From Candidatus Zambryskibacteria bacterium RIFOXYC1_FULL_39_10 (lineage in GTDB: Bacteria > Patescibacteriota > Minisyncoccia > Phycocordibacterales > WO2-35-19), in the NCBI GenBank assembly GCA_001824275.1, contig MHWW01000009.1, positions 1-62,983 of the forward strand: a stretch of DNA of 62,983 nucleotides, written 5' to 3'. Of the stretch, positions 19,372 through 28,501 are shown piece after piece. Made by a program: the position numbers and the translations under genes. The notes beneath the pieces were generated by a model. That model saw only the letters and a program-made list of their open reading frames with translations. It did no database searches and was not told the origin of the DNA. Numbering within the stretch: position 1 is the stretch's first letter; each line of letters begins with the position of its first letter.

Positions 19372-19413
19372 ATAACTCACCCCACGGCCCCTCTCTTACA
19401 TTAAGAGAGGGGG
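19372..19413. repeat. Partial copy of the miniature palindromic element
   Basis: ATAACTCACCC end plus CCCCTCTCTTA-CAT-TAAGAGAGGGG hairpin. Confidence 0.7.
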
Positions 19414-19423
19414 TAAAAACAAA

Positions 19424-19810
19424 ATGAAGACGCCAACAAAATATAAAGACGAAAAATACGCTTCTTTGATTTCCAAATTTGCAGCAGAATATTTTGAACT
19501 TGAGTCAAATACTAATTCACTTATTACAGTGACGAGAGTTGATGTATTAGATCGAGGCAAAAGAGCGCTTGTGTTTTTCACTACTTTGCCAAGAGAACAA
19601 GAAACCCTAGCATTAGAGTTTGCTAAGCGTAGGAGAAATGATTTCCGCCGTTTCATAATGTCTAAAAAATCTTTTGGCTTCGCGCCCAGGATAGATTTTG
19701 AAATTGACTTAGGAGAACACAATCGCCAAAGAATCGATGAACTTTCAAACGAATATCCCGTCCCGACGCCAAGTCGGGAAGTCGACCAAAGCGTCGACTT
19801 TGAAAATTAA
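19424..19810 (+). CDS. rbfA: Ribosome-binding factor A
   Basis: LITVTRVDV, APRIDFEIDLG; follows infB; tail encoded by two palindromes (19761-19800). Confidence 0.82.
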   Translation: MKTPTKYKDEKYASLISKFAAEYFELESNTNSLITVTRVDVLDRGKRALVFFTTLPREQETLALEFAKRRRNDFRRFIMSKKSFGFAPRIDFEIDLGEHNRQRIDELSNEYPVPTPSREVDQSVDFEN

Positions 19811-19838
19811 GCAAAAAATTGCTAATCTTAAAATGTTC

Positions 19839-19910
19839 GGCCTGGTCGTCAAGCAGTAAGACAAGAGTCTGCAAAACTCTCATACGCGGGTGCAATTCCC
19901 GCCCAGGCCT
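19839..19910 (+). tRNA. tRNA-Cys(GCA)
   Basis: GGCCTGG/CCAGGCC, AGAGT-CTGCAAA-ACTCT, U73. Confidence 0.92.
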
Positions 19911-19979
19911 CAATTTTAGAATCTATAGGTATACACAGTATACAACTAATTACTGTGCGTATACTGTATAATTAATTAT

Positions 19980-20450
19980 ATGAAAAGGAGTTGGTCCCAG
20001 AAACAATTAATTGAGGCTGTAAAGATTTCAAAAAGCTATAGACAAGTAATTCATCTGCTTGGGTTGAAACCTGCTGGCGGAAATTATGACCAAATTAAAA
20101 AGTATATAAAGGAATACTCTCTAAGCACAAAACATTTTACAGGAAAGATTTGGAACAAAGGATTAAAATTTGAATTTAAACCTCATATTCCTCTTAAAAA
20201 AATTTTAGTAGCGAATAGCACTTATCAAAGTTTCAAGTTGAAAAAAAGGTTATTTTTAGCTAAACTGAAAGAACCAAAATGTGAAGAGTGCGGTTGGGCT
20301 AAAATGTCTGTTGATGGTAGAGTTCCTTTGGAACTAGATCATGTTAATGGAAATAGGCATGATAATCAAATAGATAATTTGAGAATCCTTTGCCCAAATT
20401 GCCATAGTCTGCAGTCAACACACAGAGGAAAGAATATAAGAAAAAAATAA
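19980..20450 (+). CDS. HNH endonuclease
   Basis: CEECG..LELDHVNG..NLRILCPNCH; between tRNA-Cys and tRNA-Leu. Confidence 0.88.
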   Translation: MKRSWSQKQLIEAVKISKSYRQVIHLLGLKPAGGNYDQIKKYIKEYSLSTKHFTGKIWNKGLKFEFKPHIPLKKILVANSTYQSFKLKKRLFLAKLKEPKCEECGWAKMSVDGRVPLELDHVNGNRHDNQIDNLRILCPNCHSLQSTHRGKNIRKK

Positions 20451-20451
20451 G

Positions 20452-20536
20452 GCTCGAATGGCGGAATTGGTATACGCGCAACACTTAAAATGTTGTCCCG
20501 CAAGGGTTGTGGGTTCGACTCCCACTTCGAGCACCA
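20452..20536 (+). tRNA. tRNA-Leu(TAA)
   Basis: GCTCGAA/TTCGAGC, CAACA-CTTAAAA-TGTTG, variable arm, CCA encoded. Confidence 0.92.
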
Positions 20537-20561
20537 AATTATTGTAGAATAATTTGAAGAT

Positions 20562-20634
20562 CCGCTCATAGCTCAGCTGGTAGAGCAGCTCCCTCTTAAG
20601 GAGATGGTCCCAGGTTCGATTCCTGGTGAGCGGA
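20562..20634 (+). tRNA. tRNA-Lys(CTT)
   Basis: CCGCTCA/TGAGCGG, loop CT-CTT-AA, CCAGG-TTCGATT-CCTGG. Confidence 0.9.
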
Positions 20635-20772
20635 CAAGCCAAAAAATTCAAACTGCTTTGAATTTTTTCGGACTTGTCCGAGACGGAGTCATGTTTTTCC
20701 AGCAGGAAAAACAGACGAGTCGGGGTCGCGGAAATTTTGTTTTGACGAAAACAAAATTATCCGTGACGACAA
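20635..20772 (+). repeat. Structured tRNA-trailer element (copy after tRNA-Lys)
   Basis: AAA-CTGC-TTT hairpin 20641-20668, TTGTCCG antisense to the tRNA end, TGTTTTT/AAAAACA hairpin, GACG-loop hairpin 20733-20758. Confidence 0.75.
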
Positions 20773-20788
20773 GTTTGGCTTAAAGTAT

Positions 20789-20869
20789 GCCGGGGTGGCG
20801 TAATGGTAGCCGCGCTGGTTTTAGGAACCAGTTCCGTAAGGAGTGGAGGTTCAAGTCCTCTCCCCGGCA
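20789..20869 (+). tRNA. tRNA-Leu(TAG)
   Basis: GCCGGGG/CCCCGGC, CTGGT-TTTAGGA-ACCAG, variable arm. Confidence 0.92.
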
Positions 20870-20909
20870 CAAAATTTGAAAAAATATTTTATTATGTTAT
20901 AATGGAAAC

Positions 20910-21247
20910 AGGTTTTCATTCCGACAACTACTCCGACGTAAAGTCGGAGAGGAAAGTCCGAACACATGCTCATTTAATTGAGGAAGGTAGCGGGTAACGC
21001 CCGTCGTCCGCGAGGATAGAGGTGCGAACAGTGACGCCAAAGCCGAAAGGCTGAGGGTCCCTTATTTATGAAAATATATAAGGGATAATCTGATAGAAAT
21101 ATCAGGGTGCAACGGTTAAATCCTTACTTATGTGCAAGGCCGTACTCTAGCAGAAATGTTAGTTTGTGCCGCTTGAGTCTTTGAGCAATTTAAGACCTAG
21201 ATAAATTGTTGTTTAAACCAGAATTCGGCTTATGAGAATGAAAATCT
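20910..21247 (+). ncRNA. rnpB: RNase P RNA
   Basis: GAGGAAAGTCC and CAGAATTCGGCTTAT conserved elements; terminal P1 pairing AGGTTTTCATTC/GAATGAAAATCT. Confidence 0.92.
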
Positions 21248-21254
21248 AACAAAT

Positions 21255-21284
21255 GCAAAAACCGTCCGCAAGGTCGGTTTTTGC
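21255..21284 (+). terminator. Terminator after rnpB
   Basis: GCAAAAACCG/CGGTTTTTGC. Confidence 0.7.
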
Positions 21285-21351
21285 TTGCATTTTATATTCA
21301 AGTATGCTATAATTAAAGGTGGAAGTTTGATATTTGACAAGGAGAAAAACC

Positions 21352-22611
21352 ATGGGAACAACCCCAAACCTACTCACGGGTCAGGTTACACCAAAACGTC
21401 CTGGGCAATCCCCCGGTAAAAGTCTCAGGACAATCTTGAAAAATCAACAGTGGGGGCAAATCTTTGCCGCTATTGTGATGTATGTGATAATCATCGTGAT
21501 TGGAACATTCATCAGCGACGAGAAAGGAGAAAAATGGTGGCTTGTCGCTCTTGCAATCTCGATCTGCCACATTTATCTGTCAGCCGAAGACATCAACGAG
21601 AGACAGCTCGGCGCAATGTTCACTCTCGGTCAACCAGCCGGAGATCTTGAGTCAGGTCCCTACTTCGCTTTTTGGCCTTTTTGCTACATTCGCAAAGAAA
21701 CCAAAAATGTAGTGCAATTGGAAATTGGAGTTCTGACTCCCGAAGAGAAGAAGAAGGCTGCAGGATTGGAGAATTCGGCCTCTGTCTTTTTGTTGGAGGA
21801 CCCATTCTATTTGAATTGGGGAGACCTTCAATCGGCCGATTATAAGGATATTCTGGATGAAAGTGGGAAAATAGTTGTTAAGTCTGTGGCAGAGCAAAAA
21901 AAAGAGGAAGGTGCCAGATTTAAGAATAATCCTCTTGCAAAGCCGCTTGTCACCGCAACACACCTGACAATTCGGTTTGAGATTTGGAGCCTGACCCACC
22001 TGATCCAGAAGGCTGGGAGTCTGTTAGAAGCTAACGAGTTGATTCAAAAGGCCGCAATAGCCGCCTTGATCAGCTACGCAGGAAAATCATTTGTTGCAAG
22101 AGCCATAGCTGACATGGAAAGTGTTGATGCGTGGCTCAAAACAACAATTGAGAATTTTGTGGCTGACCCAGGCAGTGAACGGTACAAGGAGGAACCTTCA
22201 AGATCATGGGGGGTCAACATCCGCAAAACTCAAATTACCAGAATGGGCACCGCAAAGAGAATCAGCGAGGCCCAGGCAGATCAAGGTGTTGAAATATACA
22301 AAGCGCAAGCTGAGAAATTCAAACTAACCGAAACTGCCGCTGGTAGAGCAGAGGCTACGAAATTGCAGGCAGATGCTGACTTGATCAGATTGAAAAAGGA
22401 GGGTAAAGGCACTGCTGAAGCGGCAATGCTACTGCTATTCGCTAGGAGAAAAGGTATCACAGAACTAGCGAAAATTGCGAAAAAACCAGAGGGTCAGCTC
22501 ATTCTCCAGCTGGAAGCCCTTGAAAGGGCTCTGGCGCAAGGGAAGGCGGTCATCGTCCCAATGGAGCTTTCGAAGATTGTGGGAGCCCTTGGGAGTAAGT
22601 TAATTCCCTAA
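21352..22611 (+). CDS. SPFH/band-7-like membrane protein
   Basis: Two N-terminal TM helices, INERQLGAMFTLG..LESGPYF, WGVNI, Ala/Glu-rich coiled-coil tail. Confidence 0.65.
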   Translation: MGTTPNLLTGQVTPKRPGQSPGKSLRTILKNQQWGQIFAAIVMYVIIIVIGTFISDEKGEKWWLVALAISICHIYLSAEDINERQLGAMFTLGQPAGDLESGPYFAFWPFCYIRKETKNVVQLEIGVLTPEEKKKAAGLENSASVFLLEDPFYLNWGDLQSADYKDILDESGKIVVKSVAEQKKEEGARFKNNPLAKPLVTATHLTIRFEIWSLTHLIQKAGSLLEANELIQKAAIAALISYAGKSFVARAIADMESVDAWLKTTIENFVADPGSERYKEEPSRSWGVNIRKTQITRMGTAKRISEAQADQGVEIYKAQAEKFKLTETAAGRAEATKLQADADLIRLKKEGKGTAEAAMLLLFARRKGITELAKIAKKPEGQLILQLEALERALAQGKAVIVPMELSKIVGALGSKLIP

Positions 22612-22622
22612 TGGGAGATAAT

Positions 22623-22653
22623 AAGCCGCTATCTGCAATGCAGATAGCGGCTT
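22623..22653 (+). terminator. Terminator
   Basis: AAGCCGCTATCTGCA/TGCAGATAGCGGCTT perfect stem then T-run. Confidence 0.8.
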
Positions 22654-22715
22654 GCTTTTTTTATACGAGTATGCTATAATAGAGTTGGAATTGTAATCTT
22701 GAAAGGAGCAAGGAA

Positions 22716-23573
22716 ATGGAAGAAAATGGGATATGGATCTTGGTTGTAGCGGTGATTGTGGCTGCGACAGTTTTGAAAAAGCACCCTGAGCTGCTCAAGA
22801 AAATGAGTGGAGGGTCGGATAAGATTGGGCTAACTAGCCCTGGAGTTCGCATCGCCACCGTGATATTTGTCTTCAACCTCGTCATTATGGCAATGATACC
22901 CTGGTTGTGGGACATCCTCACCTACACTTGGTACACATTGCTACTCTTCAACCTGGGGTTCTGGACGGTCTTTTATCTTCGCACCATCAAAGTGAAGGAC
23001 GCGGCCGGAAAGGAAACCAAAGAAGATGACCCAGTGGCAATGAAGCTGGCGAGCATCCTTGCGATGATACTTGCAGCGGGTCTCATCACCACCTCTTGGC
23101 TCTACTTCAAGACCGGTGATCTGACCCACAAGGAGTACACTGACAAGCAAGAAGCTGAGAAGACAATTCGAAGACTTCTCATCAAGGAGCCGGCGCTAGC
23201 GGTGATTGCTCAATGCAACCCCAAGGAATTTGACACACCAAAGAAAATGGAGGATGCAATCAAACTATACGGTGAAAAAGGGCTCTTGCCGTGGACCAAA
23301 TCTTCTGACTGTTGGGGACTCAAAATGACAGAGGAGGAATACACTCTAGCCATTATCACAGTCAATAAGGAATTCGGGGAAATGATCACAACCCCGACAA
23401 CAAAAGGGTACAAAATCTTTTGGGATTCACCTCAAAAGTACGAGGTGATGGTCAATGAATTCCCAGAATTCTTTGTTTGGAAGGGAGAAGAGGTCCAGGG
23501 AACCATAAACTCCACTCGTTTCAAAGGAATCGGTGGACCAGCCAAAATTCGTGTTTGGCTAACCAAACACTAA
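22716..23573 (+). CDS. Hypothetical membrane protein
   Basis: 285 aa, several TM segments and a soluble C-terminus; own promoter (TTGCTT-N17-TATAAT) and AAAGGAG RBS. Confidence 0.7.
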   Translation: MEENGIWILVVAVIVAATVLKKHPELLKKMSGGSDKIGLTSPGVRIATVIFVFNLVIMAMIPWLWDILTYTWYTLLLFNLGFWTVFYLRTIKVKDAAGKETKEDDPVAMKLASILAMILAAGLITTSWLYFKTGDLTHKEYTDKQEAEKTIRRLLIKEPALAVIAQCNPKEFDTPKKMEDAIKLYGEKGLLPWTKSSDCWGLKMTEEEYTLAIITVNKEFGEMITTPTTKGYKIFWDSPQKYEVMVNEFPEFFVWKGEEVQGTINSTRFKGIGGPAKIRVWLTKH

Positions 23574-23595
23574 AGGGGAGCACATGCTCCCCTTT
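23572..23595. terminator. Bidirectional terminator-like hairpin
   Basis: AAAGGGGAGCA/TGCTCCCCTTT. Confidence 0.65.
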
Positions 23596-23617
23596 TCCAA
23601 TATATTTTTTATATAAA

Positions 23618-23902
23618 TTAACTGCAGAAAAATCGGCCGTTGCAAGCTATGCCAAAAGTCTCTAGAGTAATACGCAAAATGCCATAGACTGAAAACATTA
23701 TGAAAAGCCCTATCACACCATATTTAACATTAGTTCTATTTTTTTCCAAATCACTACTGTCAGACTTCCAAATCATTTCGGCAATTCCATAAAACAGGAA
23801 TATGGTGGCCACAGTAAAGCCAAGAATAATTAATGGGTTTAAAATATAGGTTGCTATTTTACCCAGTAGGTCTGTTACCGCTGTAACTTTTGTTGCGGGC
23901 AT
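23618..23902 (-). CDS. TrbC/VirB2-like pilin 7
   Basis: Two TM helices with a KYGVIGLFIMFSVYGI pattern. Confidence 0.7.
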   Translation of the reverse strand: MPATKVTAVTDLLGKIATYILNPLIILGFTVATIFLFYGIAEMIWKSDSSDLEKNRTNVKYGVIGLFIMFSVYGILRITLETFGIACNGRFFCS

Positions 23903-23982
23903 GTATATATAATAACAAACCAAAACAAAAATGCGAAGCTGTTATTAACAACCTCGCATTTTTAGAATTTTAGAGTTGCGGA

Positions 23983-24324
23983 TTATCGAGGAATAAGAGG
24001 GTTGACTACCGGTGCAGGATCTTGATCTACACCAACCGATTCACCAAGGAATCTCACCAAACCCCAGACTGAAGCCATCACGAACAAAGCGACCACGCCC
24101 CAGATCATAGTCTTCTTGGCCTGATCTTTGTTTTGCTCTGCACCAAAGATATATGTCACCAAACCGTAGAAGAATCCGAGAAGCGCAATAGCAAACAAAA
24201 TTGGAATTATTAGGTCTACGATTTCGCCAATTGATCCTACCAAAGTCTTAAGATTGCTCAAATCTTGAGCAAAAGTGACGACAGGAAGAGCCAAGACTCC
24301 GAGAGTTAAAGCTAATTTTTTCAT
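23983..24324 (-). CDS. TrbC/VirB2-like pilin 6
   Basis: Signal peptide ending TFAQ; AKKTMIWGVVALFVMASVWGLV. Confidence 0.78.
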   Translation of the reverse strand: MKKLALTLGVLALPVVTFAQDLSNLKTLVGSIGEIVDLIIPILFAIALLGFFYGLVTYIFGAEQNKDQAKKTMIWGVVALFVMASVWGLVRFLGESVGVDQDPAPVVNPLIPR

Positions 24325-24415
24325 ATAATTTTATTTTTATTAATAATTTTAACGACCATTTTTTATACTTATAATATGTTTATTATACTACAAACTCAAC
24401 AGATAAGCCACAGAT

Positions 24416-24814
24416 TTAACATTCGCCCGTTGCGGCGCATCCATTTCCACTTCCTCCAGAGCCACTACCTCCAATAGTTGGAATTGGGATAGCAGAATCA
24501 TTTTCAATACCTATTTCTGTTCTAACAAAATAAATAATCCCCCAGATTGATGACATAACAAATAGAGCTACTACGCCCCAAATCATTATTTTTTTACCAT
24601 CATCTTTTCCTTGGCCTTCAGCCCAAATGTATTTAGCAACACCATAAAAGAAAAAAAGTAATGCCAAAGTAAACGCAAGAGGAATAAGTATGTTTGACAC
24701 AATATCTCTTGCTGCCGTGAGAAAATTCCTCGTTTCAGTTAATTGAGCGTATGTAAATATTGGTAATATTAGAAGAATTAAAAAAGGGACAGCTTTATAA
24801 ATCTTATTCAACAT
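24416..24814 (-). CDS. TrbC/VirB2-like pilin 5
   Basis: Signal peptide ending TYAQ; GKKIMIWGVVALFVMSSIWGII; Gly/Ser tail with two Cys. Confidence 0.78.
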   Translation of the reverse strand: MLNKIYKAVPFLILLILPIFTYAQLTETRNFLTAARDIVSNILIPLAFTLALLFFFYGVAKYIWAEGQGKDDGKKIMIWGVVALFVMSSIWGIIYFVRTEIGIENDSAIPIPTIGGSGSGGSGNGCAATGEC

Positions 24815-24833
24815 AAATTTTGATTATTAATAA

Positions 24834-25109
24834 TTAATTTTGTAAAGTTGTTTTTTGTAGGGGTGATATTTGAAGTTCACTTTGTATAAAGCTAATTATA
24901 CCCCAAACAGAAAAAGCTACAAATAACCCAACAATGCCCCAACCCATTATCCTTTTACCCTCCGCGGCAGCCTGATCGCTCCCAGCACCATCTTTTATAT
25001 ACTTAGCCACTCCCCAGAAGAAATAAAGTAAACACAAGGCAAAAGCCAAAGGTATGAGTACACTGGTTACCAAATTTGTTGCCGCTAGTATTATACCTTT
25101 TATTCCCAT
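24834..25109 (-). CDS. TrbC/VirB2-like pilin 4
   Basis: GKRIMGWGIVGLFVAFSVWGII. Confidence 0.75.
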   Translation of the reverse strand: MGIKGIILAATNLVTSVLIPLAFALCLLYFFWGVAKYIKDGAGSDQAAAEGKRIMGWGIVGLFVAFSVWGIISFIQSELQISPLQKTTLQN

Positions 25110-25131
25110 AAGTTTTTGCTAATTGAATTAA

Positions 25132-25425
25132 TTAAAATTTTATCTGGGGGATTCCAACGCCCCCCGTAAAACCAAATTCACCTTTCAAAAAAATTATGAT
25201 ACCCCAAATAGTCACCATGACAAAAAGGCCGATTATCCCCCAAATCAGCAAATTTTTGCTATCCTTTACTTCTTTTTCGTTACCAGACGCTTTGATAAAT
25301 CTAGCCACTCCCAAAACAAAAACCAAGAATGCTACTGTGCCCAAAAATGGAATAATCACTAGCCCAATATCTATAAACCATTCGATTATTCCTTTTAGAC
25401 CTTGAGTTTTTGCTACTGCCTCCAT
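25132..25425 (-). CDS. TrbC/VirB2-like pilin 3
   Basis: SKNLLIWGIIGLFVMVTIWGII. Confidence 0.75.
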   Translation of the reverse strand: MEAVAKTQGLKGIIEWFIDIGLVIIPFLGTVAFLVFVLGVARFIKASGNEKEVKDSKNLLIWGIIGLFVMVTIWGIIIFLKGEFGFTGGVGIPQIKF

Positions 25426-25435
25426 TTTATTTTAA

Positions 25436-25870
25436 TTATTTCTTTAATTGGCTGATAGTTGTGGTAATGGCTTGTGAGATAACCCAAGCGCCGAGGAGTA
25501 TTGCCGCCCCGATAACGGCCCAAAGCAAGGCATCGTGAGCCTTCTTAATTTGACCTGGGTCGCCTTTGGCAGTTACATATAAGAACCCGGCCCACATTAT
25601 CATAAGTACAGCAACCACTCCGCCAATAGGCAACAAAATATCATTAACAATAGTATTGATTAGTCCTTCGATGGTATTTTCCTTGAAAGGATTTTCAATT
25701 ATTATTTTTTGAGAAACGGGAGCGGGAGCTGGGGTTGGAGTTGTTCCCCCTCCTCCAGGTTTAGGCGTAACTCCTCCTCCCCCTTGAGCAAAAGAAAATA
25801 ACGGCACCACAAAAACCATCATTATTATTCCTAAAATAAACAAACTTAAAATATTTTTTTTGTTTTTCAT
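25436..25870 (-). CDS. TrbC/VirB2-like pilin 2
   Basis: Signal peptide, Pro/Gly linker, AGFLYVTAKGDPGQIKKAHDALLWAVIG. Confidence 0.78.
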   Translation of the reverse strand: MKNKKNILSLFILGIIMMVFVVPLFSFAQGGGGVTPKPGGGGTTPTPAPAPVSQKIIIENPFKENTIEGLINTIVNDILLPIGGVVAVLMIMWAGFLYVTAKGDPGQIKKAHDALLWAVIGAAILLGAWVISQAITTTISQLKK

Positions 25871-25874
25871 AAAA

Positions 25875-26315
25875 TTATGGTTTTTTGTTATTAACCGTAC
25901 TACCTGTTCCCTCAACAGGCACTGCATCCTTAAATTTAGGACTTAAAAGCGTATTAGTAATAGTATTTACAATAATCCAAGCGGAGAGTATTACGGCAAA
26001 ACCTATAAAAACTTTTTGTATCATGTCTTTGGCATAGCTTTTTTGATCAGAAATACCGGTAGTCATATAAGTAAACCCTGCCCAAGCGAAAACTCCAGCC
26101 GCTACAGGCATTGAAATAATTATAATCCAATTTATTATGTTGTTCACCAATTTCATCAGCATATTAAAGTCACAAGGTGGTTGAGGAGTTTTCCCATCCT
26201 CTGCATAACCTCCACACGGAATTATAGGCTCAGCATTTACAAAAATTGGAACTAAAATAACAAACAAAATAATCAAAGGGAGGAGTATTTTTATTTTGTT
26301 GTTTGTGTTTTTCAT
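25875..26315 (-). CDS. TrbC/VirB2-like pilin 1
   Basis: Signal peptide, IIPCGG..PCDFN Cys pair, AGFTYMT..AKDMI. Confidence 0.78.
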   Translation of the reverse strand: MKNTNNKIKILLPLIILFVILVPIFVNAEPIIPCGGYAEDGKTPQPPCDFNMLMKLVNNIINWIIIISMPVAAGVFAWAGFTYMTTGISDQKSYAKDMIQKVFIGFAVILSAWIIVNTITNTLLSPKFKDAVPVEGTGSTVNNKKP

Positions 26316-26337
26316 GCTAGTTATTTTTTCTTTTTTT

Positions 26338-26377
26338 CTCCCCCCTCCTTCGCAAGGAGAGGGGTGGGGGTGAGGTC
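26338..26377. repeat. Miniature palindromic element fragment
   Basis: CCCCCTCCTTCGCAAGGAGAGGGG..GGGGGTGAGG. Confidence 0.55.
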
Positions 26378-26383
26378 GCTCTT

Positions 26384-27667
26384 TTATTGCGGCAACAAAG
26401 CCGAAAGTTCGTTTTGGGACCGCATTATTGCTTCGCCCGTCCTAGCCCTGCCACTTGTTATTGATTCTATCATATTCTTAAATATTGAATTGGTCTCAGT
26501 GGGTGATGGATCAAGCCAACCCTTGGCCCTTATCGCGCTGTCGTTAAAAATAACTTCGTAGGCATTGATTGATCTTTGACTGAGCAAATCACGCCTAACC
26601 GGAGGCAGTTTGAGGGTGCTACTTATAGCTTTGGCTCCTGCAGTGCCGGACAAAATGGCCGCAACTCCAAAAGCGCCGTTTGGATTTTTGGATGATTTCG
26701 TGACAGCAAAGGCATTGAATTTGGCGATAGAGACATTGGTTCCGCCTTCGCGGGAAACCGGCACCATCGCTACATCAAAATTTAGATTAGGATTTTTTAG
26801 CTGTAGAGTAGATATTTCACTGGCAAAACCAAAATACAAGGCCAAATCGCCACTTAGAAAATAATTAGTTGAGTTGGACAGTGAGCGATTCCAAGAATAT
26901 GAAGTTTTGGATGGATTACCAAATTCGGTATAAAAGTTGACCGCCGCCTCAGCTGGCACAGTAGGTTTGTTAAATGTACCTGTAAAAACTACTGCCACTT
27001 TGGAGCCATTCCAAGTGGTCACCGGTGTACCAGCCTGCATTGCCAGGTTCAAAACAATCTCTTTAGCGTGAGAGATGTTGGCATACTCTCCAAACGCAAC
27101 CGCGCTTCTTGATATATTTAGTGCTCCATCTTTTTTAGTTATAGTGGTAGCTAGATTATAAAATTCATCCCAATATTTTGGCGGTTCAGTAAGTTTGGCG
27201 TCAGTGAAAATAGAGCGATTCCAATACATGACAAGTGGATCGGCCAATACTGGCAAAGCTAGTACCCCATCAGGAGAGAGATAAATTTCTGCTCCTTCAA
27301 TAAATGAATCCCTAAATTGTCTTACGGTGTAAACATTGTAAGGTATAGCAAATATTTTATTTTGGTGTTTTATTATTTTGTCCGATGGCAACATAAAGAG
27401 GTCTGGTCCGCTACCCGAAGCAAGCGCCTCTATAAAATCTGTATCGAAATTTGCTTCGGTTTTTTCGACATACTCCACAGTAAGCTCTTTGCTTTGATAC
27501 AAAGTGGTCTCTTTTATAATATTATCAAAACTGCTTTTAGGAATAGTGCCCCAGACCACGACCGACACCGCGTTTTGTGAGCTACCTTTATAAGCTGAGA
27601 AAACAATTACACCAACAATTAAAAATAGAACAAAAACTCCTATAAGGATTACTTGAAATCTTGTCAT
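26384..27667 (-). CDS. Membrane-anchored extracellular solute-binding protein (carbohydrate SBP-like)
   Basis: N-terminal TM helix, VVVWG, LASGSGPDLF, LVMYWNRSIF, WDEF. Confidence 0.78.
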   Translation of the reverse strand: MTRFQVILIGVFVLFLIVGVIVFSAYKGSSQNAVSVVVWGTIPKSSFDNIIKETTLYQSKELTVEYVEKTEANFDTDFIEALASGSGPDLFMLPSDKIIKHQNKIFAIPYNVYTVRQFRDSFIEGAEIYLSPDGVLALPVLADPLVMYWNRSIFTDAKLTEPPKYWDEFYNLATTITKKDGALNISRSAVAFGEYANISHAKEIVLNLAMQAGTPVTTWNGSKVAVVFTGTFNKPTVPAEAAVNFYTEFGNPSKTSYSWNRSLSNSTNYFLSGDLALYFGFASEISTLQLKNPNLNFDVAMVPVSREGGTNVSIAKFNAFAVTKSSKNPNGAFGVAAILSGTAGAKAISSTLKLPPVRRDLLSQRSINAYEVIFNDSAIRAKGWLDPSPTETNSIFKNMIESITSGRARTGEAIMRSQNELSALLPQ

Positions 27668-27731
27668 ACTTATATTATACAACATAACGGAAACAGCTCT
27701 ATCAAAACCTGTGGACTGCCATTGATTTTGA

Positions 27732-27757
27732 TTGCCGAGATGGGCATCTTCTCGGCA
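27732..27757. repeat. REP-like hairpin, left flank of RAYT-2
   Basis: TTGCCGAGATGGGCATCTTCTCGGCA; exact reverse complement at 28464-28489. Confidence 0.9.
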
Positions 27758-27776
27758 ATTTGTTATAATTTATTTT

Positions 27777-28460
27777 ATGAACAATAGAGATTATAGAAAA
27801 TCTGGACCAAATTCCTTTCACCATATCTATAATAGAGGAAATGATAAAATGAATATATTTTTAGATAAAAATGATTATTATTCCTTTCTTGGATTATTAG
27901 AAGAAAATATATTAGGCGAAAAAGAACATTTTTCTTCAAAAATCTTTGAGCCCCTACCCAAATCTTCTCATCTGATAGGTAAAAAATACGTCCGAAAACT
28001 ACTACCATCAGGAAGTTTTGAAATTATATGCTTTTGTCTAATGCCCAATCATTTCCATTTATTAGTAAGACAGGTTAAGGAATTAGAAATAGGAAAATTG
28101 TTAAGCAAAGTTTGCACAAGTTATTCTAAAAGATTTAACAAAAAATATGAGCATATTGGTCATATATTCCAAGATCAATTTAAATCTGTTCTTGTAGAAG
28201 ATAATAATCAATTACTTTATCTATCCGCATATATACATTCAAATCCAAAAGTTAGTGCACTTGTTAAAAATATTGAGGACTGGAAATTTAGTAGTTATTT
28301 AAATTTTATAGAAAAGGAACAATACAAGCTGTGTAGTAAAAATATTGTTTTAGACCAATTTAACGATATTAAAAATTATAAAAAATTTGTTGAAGATGGT
28401 GTGGAAAAGATAAAATCAATAAAAGACTTAAACTACGCACTTCTTGACCAAGAATCCTAA
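27777..28460 (+). mobile_element. REP-associated tyrosine transposase (second)
   Basis: HHIYNRG, CLMPNHFHLL, YIHSNP, WKFSSY. Confidence 0.88.
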
Positions 28461-28463
28461 AAC

Positions 28464-28489
28464 TGCCGAGAAGATGCCCATCTCGGCAA
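28464..28489. repeat. REP-like hairpin, right flank of RAYT-2
   Basis: Inverted copy of 27732-27757. Confidence 0.9.
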
Positions 28490-28501
28490 ATTACTTTTTA
28501 A

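Noticed and set aside
19662-20997. ORFs 19662-19913, 20366-20569, 20415-20651 and 20803-20997
   Set aside because: They are readings of tRNA genes or their antisense strands.
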